Positions 26,787 to 37,154 are shown, counted from the first letter of the stretch. The stretch is DNA of 64,000 bases from a virus (IMGVR_UViG_3300042010_000129:247965-311964); one strand, 5' to 3'. Translations and numbers: made by a program. The notes: generated from the letters alone by a model not told the origin.

Positions 26787-29686
26787 TCAGGTGCGTCCTC
26801 TTTCATGCGCGCCATGATTTGTTTGAACGTGGCGTTCGGATCAAGATCGTAGCCGAGGTCATCGCGTTGGCCTTTGAGAGTTTTCATCAGCACTTCGTTG
26901 AATGCGTATTTATCTTTCGTCTTGAAATCACCAGTCAATGCATAATTCCAACCTTCGCACTTGTCGAGCGAGTGGCCGAATTCAAAGTCGATTTCCAATT
27001 GGATATCAAACTTGAAGTTGTGACGTTTAATCATTTCGCGTTCTACGTCGTGAGTCAGTCCCTCTTCGATCATCTGAATTGCCAGCCAAATGTCTTGGTA
27101 AGCGCAGGAGAATTCAAGGGAGTCGTGTACGCTGTTCGCCTGAATGAAATCAGGATAGTGGCCGGTCTTCTGGAAATGCTCAAACCGGCGACGTTCGATG
27201 CAGCGCGCACCCGTCATCATGAAATCAGAACCCATGCCCTGTACTGGACTATTTACAGATTGCCGTTCCGCACGCGACGTGATGTTGCCCGCGTCTTCGT
27301 GAGAGTTCGGCGTGATCAAGCCCCACAGGTTACGGCGACGGCCTACAGGCGATTCCACATACAAATGCTTGCGTGCGTGTGCCTTGGCCTTATCGAACCA
27401 CTTACCGCCGACCGGGAATCGTTTAAAGAATTGTGTTGTCAATTCCTCAACCATTTCGACCGTGGCGTTGATGGACTTCGCTGTACCTTTCGCGCCTTGC
27501 TGGTAAATCAAACCGAAAATTACTTGCTTAACGGCTTGACGCATTACCTTGTCAACTTCCTCGATTGCTTTCCGGAAGAAGAACGCGGCGTTGATCTTGT
27601 GAACGTCACCCTTGAGGTCGATTTCCTTGGCAAGATCCATTGTCGGTTTGCGTTTGAATTTCTCACGCAATTTCAAACCGATCCGGAATGCTTCCGCTAC
27701 CGCGCTGTCGCCAGAAATCAACGACCAGCAGCGTACTTCGTGCGCCGAGTAGTCCACCTTAATAATTATTCGACCGTCAGGTGCAATGAACAATCGTTTA
27801 ATCAGTTTACCCATTTCACTACGCGACGGAATTGTCTGCAACGTAGGATCGCGGGCCGATGTTCGACCAGTAACCACGTCGAGATAACCGAACCGAGGAC
27901 GCATGCAGCGGTCGAATCGGAAGTCTTCGTCTTCGCCCCATTTTTTAATGAAGCTCTTCACATACGCGTTGTAAAGTTTTTCGATCTTCGTCAGTTCCGT
28001 GAACAGCTTAATTTCCGGAACGTCTTCGTATTTCTTTTGGAAGTCTTTGTCGATCTTACCCAAGCCCTTTTTGTTCATCGTCAGGGGCTTGAGTTTCAGC
28101 ACTTCGAAGAACAGCAGTTGCTTGTGTTCCTCCTTGTTAATCTTGAAGAGCTTCGTTTTCGTTCGACCGAATAGACCCATGGCCGGGACGCCCGAGCGTT
28201 TGGCAAGAAGCTTGTTAGCTTTCTGTACCCCCTCGGATTCGTACAGCGCTTTAAGCACGCGGTTTTTCTCGCGCACAATATGCGAGTCTTTCGACTTGAG
28301 TTTGAACAGCCAGTCGATATCGACATACGAGCCGTTGAACTCAAGGTTAGACAGCGTGTGAATCTGATCGCTAAGCTGTTCGGTAACGAGCGAGAAATAC
28401 TTGTCGTAACCGATTGTCTTCGCGTATTTCATCTGCAATTTTTGAATGTGCAGCAGGACGATTACGTCGAGGGCCATGTACGTTAAAACAGGCCCTTCCA
28501 AATCCATGTCCGCGATGAATGCCCGCTGTTCCTTACCGAAGTCGGATTCGTAATAGGCGCGACAGCCGTACTGCATGCAGATATTGAGCAACGAGTAATA
28601 GTTTCGCCCGCTGATCCCTTGAATCGTTTTGTGGTTTTCATCCTTGGCAAATTCTGCCGAGATAACACACCACAGCGGCGTCTTGAAATAACGAACGCCG
28701 AGGTCACGACGTGCAGCGATCAAATCGAACGCGGCGTTTGCGTAGAGGTTGTACTTGTTCTTCGATTTGTGTTCGAAGTAATCGCGCAATTTCTCTTTGA
28801 TGTACGCAAGTTCTTTCGGGAGGAACGGCGTATCCTTGTGCAGGAATGGCAGGATGTACGCCTTCCCCGTTTCAGTCGCGAACTGCCACGTCACCGTGTA
28901 GTTCTTTCGCCGTTTCAGACTTCGGGCCTCCGTGTCGATTGACACGACTTCCGCGTTGGTAATGTCCTTCAACATTTTGTCGAATTTCTTAATCGTATCA
29001 ACCATCACGATTTTGTAATCCAACTTCGGAACCTTGTACATCATCTTGCCGTCGTTAAGACAGGTCGTCAGGTTCCGCGCCACGTACCCGGCTGCTGCCA
29101 TCGTGTCATCGGATTTCTGCAATGACCGCAACGACAAAGTAGAGACGTGGTTGAATTTGTGCGTGTCGCCTTTTACCGTGACCTTGGCTTTGATTGGCAC
29201 ACCGTAAAAGTGCTGCCACAAAATACCGCGTTCACTTTTGTGCTGCGAAATGAAATCGCCGCTGATTGCTTTGGTCGGGTCAGGCCCGAACGTCACAACC
29301 GTATCCGGTTTGTAAACCGAGATAACATATTCCAAACGCTTTTTGAATTCCTGCTGTGCCAGTTCCACAAACGCAGGCGCACCGCCTACGGTTTTGAAGC
29401 TGTGATAACTCATGCACAACCAGTTGTAATCGTCGAGCTTGTGCGGTGCCTTGTTAAAGTTCTCTGCCAACTCAAAAAGGTTTGACATGAGGTCGCCGGT
29501 TGCACCATCGAGAATGCGATTCTTCCGCATCGCTTCGCCCGGCATATAGTCCAACACAAACAGAATTTTCCCACGAGCTTTTTTCGTAACGTGCTTGGCG
29601 AGTTCCACACCATCGAAGCTAGTAATCTCGTACTGCTTCAGCGCCTTACTATACTTGTGTTTAAATTCTACATATTCACACTTCAT
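26723..29686 (-). CDS. polA: Family A DNA polymerase with N-terminal UDG-like domain and 3'-5' exonuclease (987 aa)
   Basis: Exo I SIDTE, Exo III YMALDV; TGRTSARDPTLQTIP; motif A DYSAHEVR, motif B RQAVKQVIFGLIY, motif C VHDS; N-terminal ~230 aa UDG-like (ILFVLD..PG...GATGDLM...YKPDTVVTFG). Confidence 0.92.
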   Translation of the reverse strand: MKCEYVEFKHKYSKALKQYEITSFDGVELAKHVTKKARGKILFVLDYMPGEAMRKNRILDGATGDLMSNLFELAENFNKAPHKLDDYNWLCMSYHSFKTVGGAPAFVELAQQEFKKRLEYVISVYKPDTVVTFGPDPTKAISGDFISQHKSERGILWQHFYGVPIKAKVTVKGDTHKFNHVSTLSLRSLQKSDDTMAAAGYVARNLTTCLNDGKMMYKVPKLDYKIVMVDTIKKFDKMLKDITNAEVVSIDTEARSLKRRKNYTVTWQFATETGKAYILPFLHKDTPFLPKELAYIKEKLRDYFEHKSKNKYNLYANAAFDLIAARRDLGVRYFKTPLWCVISAEFAKDENHKTIQGISGRNYYSLLNICMQYGCRAYYESDFGKEQRAFIADMDLEGPVLTYMALDVIVLLHIQKLQMKYAKTIGYDKYFSLVTEQLSDQIHTLSNLEFNGSYVDIDWLFKLKSKDSHIVREKNRVLKALYESEGVQKANKLLAKRSGVPAMGLFGRTKTKLFKINKEEHKQLLFFEVLKLKPLTMNKKGLGKIDKDFQKKYEDVPEIKLFTELTKIEKLYNAYVKSFIKKWGEDEDFRFDRCMRPRFGYLDVVTGRTSARDPTLQTIPSRSEMGKLIKRLFIAPDGRIIIKVDYSAHEVRCWSLISGDSAVAEAFRIGLKLREKFKRKPTMDLAKEIDLKGDVHKINAAFFFRKAIEEVDKVMRQAVKQVIFGLIYQQGAKGTAKSINATVEMVEELTTQFFKRFPVGGKWFDKAKAHARKHLYVESPVGRRRNLWGLITPNSHEDAGNITSRAERQSVNSPVQGMGSDFMMTGARCIERRRFEHFQKTGHYPDFIQANSVHDSLEFSCAYQDIWLAIQMIEEGLTHDVEREMIKRHNFKFDIQLEIDFEFGHSLDKCEGWNYALTGDFKTKDKYAFNEVLMKTLKGQRDDLGYDLDPNATFKQIMARMKEDAPEWALKQQKFWKSQGVKITAKA

Positions 29687-29720
29687 AGAATTACCCGAGA
29701 GGGGATTTAGGCCTATGCTA

Positions 29721-29730
29721 TATTTACAGT
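29721..29730 (-). promoter_or_regulatory. ACTGTAAATA motif
   Basis: 35 nt upstream of the polA start. Confidence 0.6.
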
Positions 29731-29783
29731 TTTGCCCCGCAACGAAAAGGCCCCCGAATCCGAATGGAAACGAGGGCCATGAT

Positions 29784-30296
29784 TCAAAACAGCTTCACCA
29801 TTCGAAGAATATCCGATAGGCGACTGTCGTATTGCTCAGGTGTCGGATAGCAACACCAGCGGCGGCTAAGCGTGCGCAACGTATCAGTCGCTAACAGCTT
29901 GTCACCTAGTTGCGTGTACACTTCCCAATTGATCGGAAGTTCATAAACGCTTTTATCACCGCCCGACAAAATAACCATTGGCCGGTGGTGTGGTGCAGCG
30001 TCGATGAATCCGACAAAGCGCGGGCTTTCACGCCACATCATCAGCGCCGCTTCGGTGTCTGGAATTTCAACGGTTGTCACACCGTCTTCCAAACCTTCGA
30101 TTCGTGGCCCCCAAAATTCACCAGAACCCAAACCGAAGAAACCGAAAATGTCCGACGTTTCGTGACCAGCGATCAATTGAGGAAAGTTCGTGGTCAAGAT
30201 CCGATAATGCGTGTTGTTGCCTTTGATGTACGCGTAGTGAAATGCTACGTCACTCTTGTGCATCGTCATCGGAACTCTCCGATTCTTCCGCCACAA
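29784..30296 (-). CDS. Hypothetical protein (up to 170 aa)
   Basis: Coding-strand ORF; start uncertain. Confidence 0.5.
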   Translation of the reverse strand: MWRKNRRVPMTMHKSDVAFHYAYIKGNNTHYRILTTNFPQLIAGHETSDIFGFFGLGSGEFWGPRIEGLEDGVTTVEIPDTEAALMMWRESPRFVGFIDAAPHHRPMVILSGGDKSVYELPINWEVYTQLGDKLLATDTLRTLSRRWCCYPTPEQYDSRLSDILRMVKLF

Positions 30297-30651
30297 CTTC
30301 CGGCTTTTTCACCGGATGCTTTGGTGGGTTGGTTGGCTGCGTGGTGCGTGTGCGCGAACGGATAATTTCTGCCGCTTTTTCCGGGGTCATCTGGCGGTGG
30401 TTAAGCACCTTCTTTTCCCAGTACAAACCTTTCGGCAGTTTTTCATTCAGCGAGAACGGCAGGCCGTTCGCGGGAATGCCCGGCACATACGAATCGTGGA
30501 ATTCGAAATCGCGCTTTGCCTTGATTGTGGCATCGCTCCAGATCCCGTCGATTGCACCGTTGTAGTAACCGAGAAACGCAAGCACGACTTGCTGCGCCAT
30601 CAGTTCCATTTTTCCAGTTTGCATGTTTTTCTCCAGCGTTAAATGGGCCAT
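30250..30651 (-). CDS. Peptidoglycan-binding (PG_binding_1-like) domain protein (133 aa)
   Basis: QVVLAFLGYYNGAIDGIWSDATIKAKRDF matches the LGY..DG.fg..T..A...F pattern; no catalytic domain. Confidence 0.65.
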   Translation of the reverse strand: MAHLTLEKNMQTGKMELMAQQVVLAFLGYYNGAIDGIWSDATIKAKRDFEFHDSYVPGIPANGLPFSLNEKLPKGLYWEKKVLNHRQMTPEKAAEIIRSRTRTTQPTNPPKHPVKKPEVVAEESESSDDDAQE

Positions 30652-30666
30652 CCTTGGCCCGACCGA

Positions 30667-33600
30667 TTAACGGGTTTTGTATTTGAAGGTAAGCTCAGAC
30701 AATTCTTTCAGCGCCTGATCTTTGTTCGACACGGTAACGTTGCGCGCTACTTCAGCAACCTTCGCTTTCAGGTCGGTTTTATTCTTCCCGAAATACATCC
30801 ATTCACCGTCAGTCTTCAACCACTTGGCGCCGGAGTTCGGAATAACTTTGCCGATGTGTTTGATGATGCCGGGGTTAGTCCGCAAGTCCACGCAAAGCAT
30901 CACGTGTTCTTCGGTGAAGATCGGGAACACACGAATGGCCCGACGGTTGCTGCTCATACGTTTCTGCACGCTGAAGAACGCAGGCAATTCACTTACCGGC
31001 GCCAGTTCCAAGCGATACCACAATTTGTGAGTGTTTTTCATACCTTCGTCAAATGCGCCGTTGATCGAAGCGAACAAATCGTTCGTCTTCTGATTAACTT
31101 CGAAGTTGTCGTAGATCCAATCATAAATTGCGTGGAATTTCTTCTTGTTCGAAACGTTGATGTACGCGTATGCCGGAGTGAATTTGAAACCTTGCTTCGA
31201 CAGATCCACATCGCCCGATTCCACGATTGCTTCCAGTGTTGCGAAGCCGTGGTAGTAGGCAGGATACAGCGAAATTTCTGCTGCTTCGATTTCTTCCGGC
31301 TCTTCAGGGAAATCCTCCTGCTCAACAATGACGCCGACTTTCGGATTGTCGGTTGGACGCAATTTCTTGCCGCCGCCGATTTTCACCGTACCGCCAGTTT
31401 CGTAAATGCCTTCGTTGAGTGGACGCCCTTTCTTTTCGTTCTCCGTGCGTTTCTCGCCGTCCTTCGCTTCCTTCTTGATAACGCGGATTTTTTCGCCTTC
31501 TTGTTTCTTCCGGATGCGCTCTTCGCGCTCTTCCTGTTCCGCTTGTTTGCGCTGCTGTTCTTCCAACCGCTTTTGGCGGGCGGCGGAACGTTTCTCTTCG
31601 GTGTCAGTACCAGCCAGCGACACGTCAAAGAATTGCGCTTCCTGTTCCGGCGAAATATTCTTCTGCGCAAGGTAAGCCATGTTCACTTGAACCGTCACAC
31701 GCCCCGGCATACCGGCAGGTGGATTTTTCAAGTTCACGATCAAGCTAGAAAGCTTACCGCCACGGGTGTTAAAGCCAACGATACGCCCGGTGCCCCATTC
31801 GGTAACAACCGGTTTCGTGCGCAATTTTTCGCTGAAGTTTTTCACGACTTCCGGATCACGCAGCAGAACTTCAACGTTCAGCAGACCCCAGTTGTGGTGG
31901 TCGGGAATTGGTTGGTTCGCAACGAACGGCACCAGTTCCATACGGGCCGAGCCTTCCAGATTTGGAGCGCCTTCAATCGGCAACATATCCGCTTTCATCG
32001 AATTGCGCATTTCTGCGAATTCTTTTGCTTCCACGGCGTTGAGGCGACGATATGCGTCTTCCATTTCGTTGAAAGGTTCGTCGTCGAGGCCAGCGGTCGA
32101 TGCAAGCATGTCCACACTGAGAGCCAAACGACGGTCGTCTTTTTCCGTTGGAACATTCACAGAAGCCAGCAATTCTTTGTACAACGGATTCGCTGCTTCG
32201 GTGATTCGAGCAACACCGAAAGTTTTGGAAATAACACGCGCCAGTTTCGGCACTTCCATGGTGTTGTCGGCCAGTACCCAATCCAGATAAACCACGTCAC
32301 GGGTCAAACCGCCTTCGCCTTTCGCCGCTGCAATTGCGCCCTTAGCATCTGGACGCCACACACGCGCAGCAGTTTGCGACAAAGCACCCGGCCCCCATGG
32401 GGCTTCTGCGCGAATCATTCGGCTTGCCAATTGAAGGTTGTGACCTTCGGACATGCCTTGTTCGTTCGCAATCAGAATTTGTACGCGATCATCGGTTTTG
32501 AAATCGTTGAAAGCTTTTACGCGATCAGGTTCGTCGCCGGTAAACTTCACCGCCATCGCCTGATAGTTCGGTGGCAATGCATCAAACACAGCCCGCGCAC
32601 TTGCGTTGTAACGCGTGATAATGATCAGCTTGCCCTTCGGTTCTGGCTTCCAATAATCTGGAGCTTCGACCGGAGTTTTCGATTGAACGTTATCAGGAAT
32701 TGCTACGCGAGTTTCGCCCGGATTGTATTTCCGTGCGACATACAGCTGGCCTTCGAAATCAACGAGGTCGAGTTCGATGTAGCGAGTGCCACGGCGCCAT
32801 TTCTGCGGGTTGAAGTGCTTGGCTGCAAGGTTCGCGATGTACTTCGCTTTACGCGAAATAAACCCTTCACCCATATTGCCGAAAACTTCGGTGTAGGCTT
32901 CGTCTTCCTGCGGGCAGATAATCAGGCGTTCGAAACGCGCAATGTTTTTCTCCCACAATTTCTGCGCGATTGCTTCGCCGGAGAAGTCGGAGTCGTTATC
33001 GACGAATTTATCGCCGTTACCTTCCTTGCCATCTTCCTCTTCGTCGTCGCTGTCGTCGCCACCGTTTTTCTCTGCGAGCGCTTCAGCTTTCGCTTTCTGA
33101 CGCAGCAGTGGTTCCATCTCTTCCAAGGTACGGTCGAGAACCAAACGGTACAATTGTTCGTGCAGTTTTTGCTGTTCGATTTCGGCAGGCGATGTTCCGT
33201 CTGCGCCGTCGTAGTCCACCATTGGAACCGGGTGGAAACTTTCGATAGCGGACGGCAGCATGTATGCCCAATCCTTTTTCTCTTTCACAATAAACGAAAT
33301 ATAGTGACCGAGTTTATCGACAGCACGTTTGCCGTTGAGCGGGGTGTAGGTGCTAATGATGCGATCACCGATTTTCACCAGACCGCTATCTTTTTCCGCT
33401 TCTTGATCAGGCTTGATATTCGCGATATCACCAGCACGGAAAACGTGCGGCGCTTTCAACGCGATTTGACCTTCGATATCTTTCGCCCGGTCAGGCATGA
33501 TCGTACCAGTCAGCAGGCGCAGCCATTTGACAGTGGTCGAAGAGGTAATGATTTTTACTGCACGGTGACGCGCAGATTTAAACGATTTCAAGTTGTGCGA

Positions 33601-36600
33601 TTCGTCGATTGCCACATAGTTGCAACCGAGGCGACGAATCAACTCAAGGTTTTGCGAGAAGTTAACCTGCGCGTTACCAATACACACGCGGGTATTCCGG
33701 CCTTGAACGAAAGTCATCGAACTGATAAAAATCGTGTTCGGTGGTGCGTTAACTGCCAGATCACTCAGGCGTTTTTCACCAACGGCTTTCATCCAACGTT
33801 GCAGAACTGCGGAACTGATCGGGAATGCGTTCCAATTGGAGCCTTGGAAATATTTCATTTCCTCACACCAAGTGTTGATCAGGCCGTTAGGGCAAATAAC
33901 CAACGGACGTACAACGGTGCCCGCTTCTTTCATGTCTTTCATCAGACATGCAATGTCGATAATGCCTTGACCGGTTTTACCACCGCCCGGCGCCAGTGCC
34001 AGAATTGCGAAGTTTGGCGGATTCTTTTTACGCAGCGAACTTTGCACCGATTCTTGGTGCGGGAAAATTGCACGGTCTTCACCGATTTTCCCCGGCATCT
34101 TGATATCTTCGGCGCTGAACGATGGATCGGGCTGGATAGACTCAGCCTGTTCAGTTGCTTCTGCGAAAATCGTTTCCGCATTTGGCGCATATTTCCCGAG
34201 CATTACAGCGAACGGCAGAACGTCACGGTACAGAGTGGCGTTAGCCTGTAGCGGCATGCTGATCGAGAAGTTTTGGCCCGGACGATCAGGCATTTCGCCC
34301 AAGTTCACAGTGGCCTGACCAGCGCGAGCATTCGCGTAGTGTTCGATTTCAACACTGTTGATCGCGTCGAGGATTTGCTTGAAAACTTGCCCACCGAAAT
34401 AACGGAACAGGCGCGAAAATTCTGCGGCGGTCGAAATCGTGGTGTTGAAATAATCCGGATGGTTTTCCAGTTCGAGACTGACTTCCGATGCACGCGGAGT
34501 TTTATCACCGTTGCGCAAATTCTCGAAAGTTTCGTTCCACAGGTGCGTGCCCTGTGCGCCGGAAGCCATGTCCATTGCAGTTTCCAACAGGCTTTGAATC
34601 ACGCCGCGAGTGTTGCCCTTTGCGCGATCCGGAAGCGTGCCTTCTGGTGTCAGAAACTTGATGTAATCCGGACTGTAATCGAAACCCGGTTCAGTCGGCA
34701 GCTTCGAGTAATTCAGGGCGCGCATTGCACTGCCCAACAATTCCGGAAGCTTTGGCACTTTGTTATCGACGTAGGCCAACCGCATATAGAGGTTGATCAG
34801 GTTCGAAGCCAATCCGCTTTTTGCGAATTTCAAATGGTCGTCAGCGGCGCCGTAAAGTTCTTCTGCGCGCTTGTACGCCCACGCGGTGTGTTCCCCGTGG
34901 TTCAGCGTGTACATGGCTTGCGCAAACGAACGCTTCATTGGTGTTTCGCCATCTTTGGCGAGGTTGAAGCCAAGCCAGTCAGCGATTGCCAAAGAATCCG
35001 GAGTTACTGCACCGACCGAAGTCGAAGTAACAGTGCGGCCCGGTGTGTCGGTTGCCTGAATGTTGATCCCGAAGTCCCAATCGAAACCGAGGGAACAGCC
35101 GTCGAAATCGTTCAGTTCTTTTACAAGTTCCTGCATGCGCTGCAAATCTTGCGCATCAACCCACGGCCATTTTTCTTCGCGGGGTTCGGCTTGGAAAGCA
35201 GCCAAAGGAATTTCGTTGCGGCTCAACAGTTCCAGCAATTCTTCCGAAACTTTCTCGAAATCTTCAGCCAGAGTAGTTTTTTGCAGCGCGTCGATACTTG
35301 GACGAACAGCCATCGTGCCCTGCGGCGTGATGAACATGTTTTCCGCGTTACCTTTGGTACGTTCAACAACGTAACCGAATTGTTCACGCAGCGCCGGGAT
35401 TTTCTTCAGCGTGGAAGCGCTGGTCGCGTAGCGCGGGATATGATCCATGTGAATTGCTTTGGTGTTGGTAATCTTGTAAGCCTTACCAGTACCCGTAACT
35501 TTCGCACGCAGAACCTGCGCGATGTACAGGGAGAACCAAGAATTCGCACGGGTCAAACTTGCGCGTTCGTTGGCCGGAGTTTGCGAAACAAAATGCGCGA
35601 TATCCGATTCCAGCGTGAAGCGGATCGAAGTACGAACGGTGATGTTCAGCAATTCCGATTCGGGAGTAATCTTCGGGCGTTCACCGTTCAATTGCTCTTC
35701 GATTTTCGCATTAACTGCGGTCGGACTCAGCGCCTGTTCGTTGAACGCTGGTTTGGTGTTGCGCAGTTTTTCAGTCAGTTTTTTAACAGCGTGGCTCGGC
35801 TGTTTAATCAGTTCGATTTGCAGGAACTGATCAGCGAACGGGTTGGACACAACCATGTCGGTGACGATTTCACCAGCAGTCGGCATTTTCAGGCCGGTGT
35901 GTTTCGTCCAGATTTTTTCAACGTCGCTGAATTTGGTGTTGAGCGGAACGCCACGGTGAATCATACGTTCGCTGCTGGCAGTGGTGCCGAACAGGAACAT
36001 GTGAATTTCACGCGCTGCTGCCAAAATCTTTTCGCCCATCGACGATTGCCACGTGCCCTTACGGCGCATTTCAGTCAGTGGGAAATCGTTGTTGGTTTCC
36101 AGATATTCGCTGCGACCGAGTTCGAAGTCGGACACACCGAAATACGGCGCAGGCAGACCTTCTTTTTCAGGGTCAGCACCGGCACCCATCAGCACCACGT
36201 CGAGGCCTTCGTTATAGCGCTTCGAGCGGTAAACGTTGTGGAAGCTGTGCGCAGTACGACGCGAAGCACGCAGGAAGTTTACAACGTCTTCCTGAATGGA
36301 ACCGGACGTGCGCTTCGAATGGAACACTTGCACAAAAATCGAAGAAATCAATTCTTCGTTCTGTTCGTCGGTGTTCATCGACATAACGTTTGCGCGGCCC
36401 ATACAGATACGGACGAAACGCAAAAACATGTTGAGGTTGGAAGTTACGTCGCTCAGCGATTCCAGAATCGGAACCAGAAAGTTACGCTCTTTCTTCGGGT
36501 AGAAAAAAGATTCGTATTCGAGGTTTCGCGCAGGTTCCAGCGAAATGGTACGAATAGATTTTACGAATTCGGAACTGTCGTCGCCCTGTTCGTCTTCGTC

Positions 36601-36741
36601 ATCGTCGTCGCCATCTTCATCACCGTTCGCACGGGCGTAGGCACTCAGCTGTTCGGAAAGTTCTTCCTGCTGCTGAAGTTCCATGCGCTTTTTACGCAAA
36701 GCATCTGCGATTGGATTTTCTCGCCACTGTACACGATTCAT
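30667..36741 (-). CDS. Giant SNF2-family ATPase/helicase (2024 aa)
   Basis: Motif I APGGGKT, Ia LVICPNGLINTW, II IDESHNLK, III LLTGT, V GMSEGHNLQLAS, VI WGPGALSQTAARVWR; ~970-aa unassigned N-terminus. Confidence 0.85.
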   Translation of the reverse strand: MNRVQWRENPIADALRKKRMELQQQEELSEQLSAYARANGDEDGDDDDEDEQGDDSSEFVKSIRTISLEPARNLEYESFFYPKKERNFLVPILESLSDVTSNLNMFLRFVRICMGRANVMSMNTDEQNEELISSIFVQVFHSKRTSGSIQEDVVNFLRASRRTAHSFHNVYRSKRYNEGLDVVLMGAGADPEKEGLPAPYFGVSDFELGRSEYLETNNDFPLTEMRRKGTWQSSMGEKILAAAREIHMFLFGTTASSERMIHRGVPLNTKFSDVEKIWTKHTGLKMPTAGEIVTDMVVSNPFADQFLQIELIKQPSHAVKKLTEKLRNTKPAFNEQALSPTAVNAKIEEQLNGERPKITPESELLNITVRTSIRFTLESDIAHFVSQTPANERASLTRANSWFSLYIAQVLRAKVTGTGKAYKITNTKAIHMDHIPRYATSASTLKKIPALREQFGYVVERTKGNAENMFITPQGTMAVRPSIDALQKTTLAEDFEKVSEELLELLSRNEIPLAAFQAEPREEKWPWVDAQDLQRMQELVKELNDFDGCSLGFDWDFGINIQATDTPGRTVTSTSVGAVTPDSLAIADWLGFNLAKDGETPMKRSFAQAMYTLNHGEHTAWAYKRAEELYGAADDHLKFAKSGLASNLINLYMRLAYVDNKVPKLPELLGSAMRALNYSKLPTEPGFDYSPDYIKFLTPEGTLPDRAKGNTRGVIQSLLETAMDMASGAQGTHLWNETFENLRNGDKTPRASEVSLELENHPDYFNTTISTAAEFSRLFRYFGGQVFKQILDAINSVEIEHYANARAGQATVNLGEMPDRPGQNFSISMPLQANATLYRDVLPFAVMLGKYAPNAETIFAEATEQAESIQPDPSFSAEDIKMPGKIGEDRAIFPHQESVQSSLRKKNPPNFAILALAPGGGKTGQGIIDIACLMKDMKEAGTVVRPLVICPNGLINTWCEEMKYFQGSNWNAFPISSAVLQRWMKAVGEKRLSDLAVNAPPNTIFISSMTFVQGRNTRVCIGNAQVNFSQNLELIRRLGCNYVAIDESHNLKSFKSARHRAVKIITSSTTVKWLRLLTGTIMPDRAKDIEGQIALKAPHVFRAGDIANIKPDQEAEKDSGLVKIGDRIISTYTPLNGKRAVDKLGHYISFIVKEKKDWAYMLPSAIESFHPVPMVDYDGADGTSPAEIEQQKLHEQLYRLVLDRTLEEMEPLLRQKAKAEALAEKNGGDDSDDEEEDGKEGNGDKFVDNDSDFSGEAIAQKLWEKNIARFERLIICPQEDEAYTEVFGNMGEGFISRKAKYIANLAAKHFNPQKWRRGTRYIELDLVDFEGQLYVARKYNPGETRVAIPDNVQSKTPVEAPDYWKPEPKGKLIIITRYNASARAVFDALPPNYQAMAVKFTGDEPDRVKAFNDFKTDDRVQILIANEQGMSEGHNLQLASRMIRAEAPWGPGALSQTAARVWRPDAKGAIAAAKGEGGLTRDVVYLDWVLADNTMEVPKLARVISKTFGVARITEAANPLYKELLASVNVPTEKDDRRLALSVDMLASTAGLDDEPFNEMEDAYRRLNAVEAKEFAEMRNSMKADMLPIEGAPNLEGSARMELVPFVANQPIPDHHNWGLLNVEVLLRDPEVVKNFSEKLRTKPVVTEWGTGRIVGFNTRGGKLSSLIVNLKNPPAGMPGRVTVQVNMAYLAQKNISPEQEAQFFDVSLAGTDTEEKRSAARQKRLEEQQRKQAEQEEREERIRKKQEGEKIRVIKKEAKDGEKRTENEKKGRPLNEGIYETGGTVKIGGGKKLRPTDNPKVGVIVEQEDFPEEPEEIEAAEISLYPAYYHGFATLEAIVESGDVDLSKQGFKFTPAYAYINVSNKKKFHAIYDWIYDNFEVNQKTNDLFASINGAFDEGMKNTHKLWYRLELAPVSELPAFFSVQKRMSSNRRAIRVFPIFTEEHVMLCVDLRTNPGIIKHIGKVIPNSGAKWLKTDGEWMYFGKNKTDLKAKVAEVARNVTVSNKDQALKELSELTFKYKTR

Positions 36742-37154
36742 GCGTCGTCCTCAGAAATCACGCCTTCGGTTTGAATGATGCTGGCCCACGTTGGGTTCGG
36801 CTCACGTTTTTGTTCAACCGCCAGTTTTACCAGCGCTTGAGCCATGGCGTTACGCACGTGCGGATCAGGTTCATCTGCGAAGGGTTGCAAATTGTAGAAG
36901 CTGTACAGGTTGTTGTATTCCTGCAAACGGAAAGCAACGAGCAAACTTTCGACAGCTTCTTTCATATCGAAAGTCGGCGGGGGCAATTCCGGAACATATT
37001 CGGCGTAGGCTTCGTCTGCCAGATCCTGAATATCGTTGCGCAGCACTTCGGCCAAATGCAGAATTGCTTTCAGTTTCTGTTCAGGCGGCGCATCGCCCTT
37101 TTTGATAACGGTCAGGATACTTTCGATCCCATCCAGAGCGGTACTAAGGCTCAT
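36738..37154 (-). CDS. Hypothetical protein (138 aa)
   Basis: ATGA-coupled ORF. Confidence 0.55.
   Translation of the reverse strand: MSLSTALDGIESILTVIKKGDAPPEQKLKAILHLAEVLRNDIQDLADEAYAEYVPELPPPTFDMKEAVESLLVAFRLQEYNNLYSFYNLQPFADEPDPHVRNAMAQALVKLAVEQKREPNPTWASIIQTEGVISEDDA

Noticed and set aside
28100-28125. QLLFF in PolA as a beta-clamp-binding motif
   Set aside because: Falls in the conserved PolA thumb region (S..QL..LLF), so it needs no clamp explanation.
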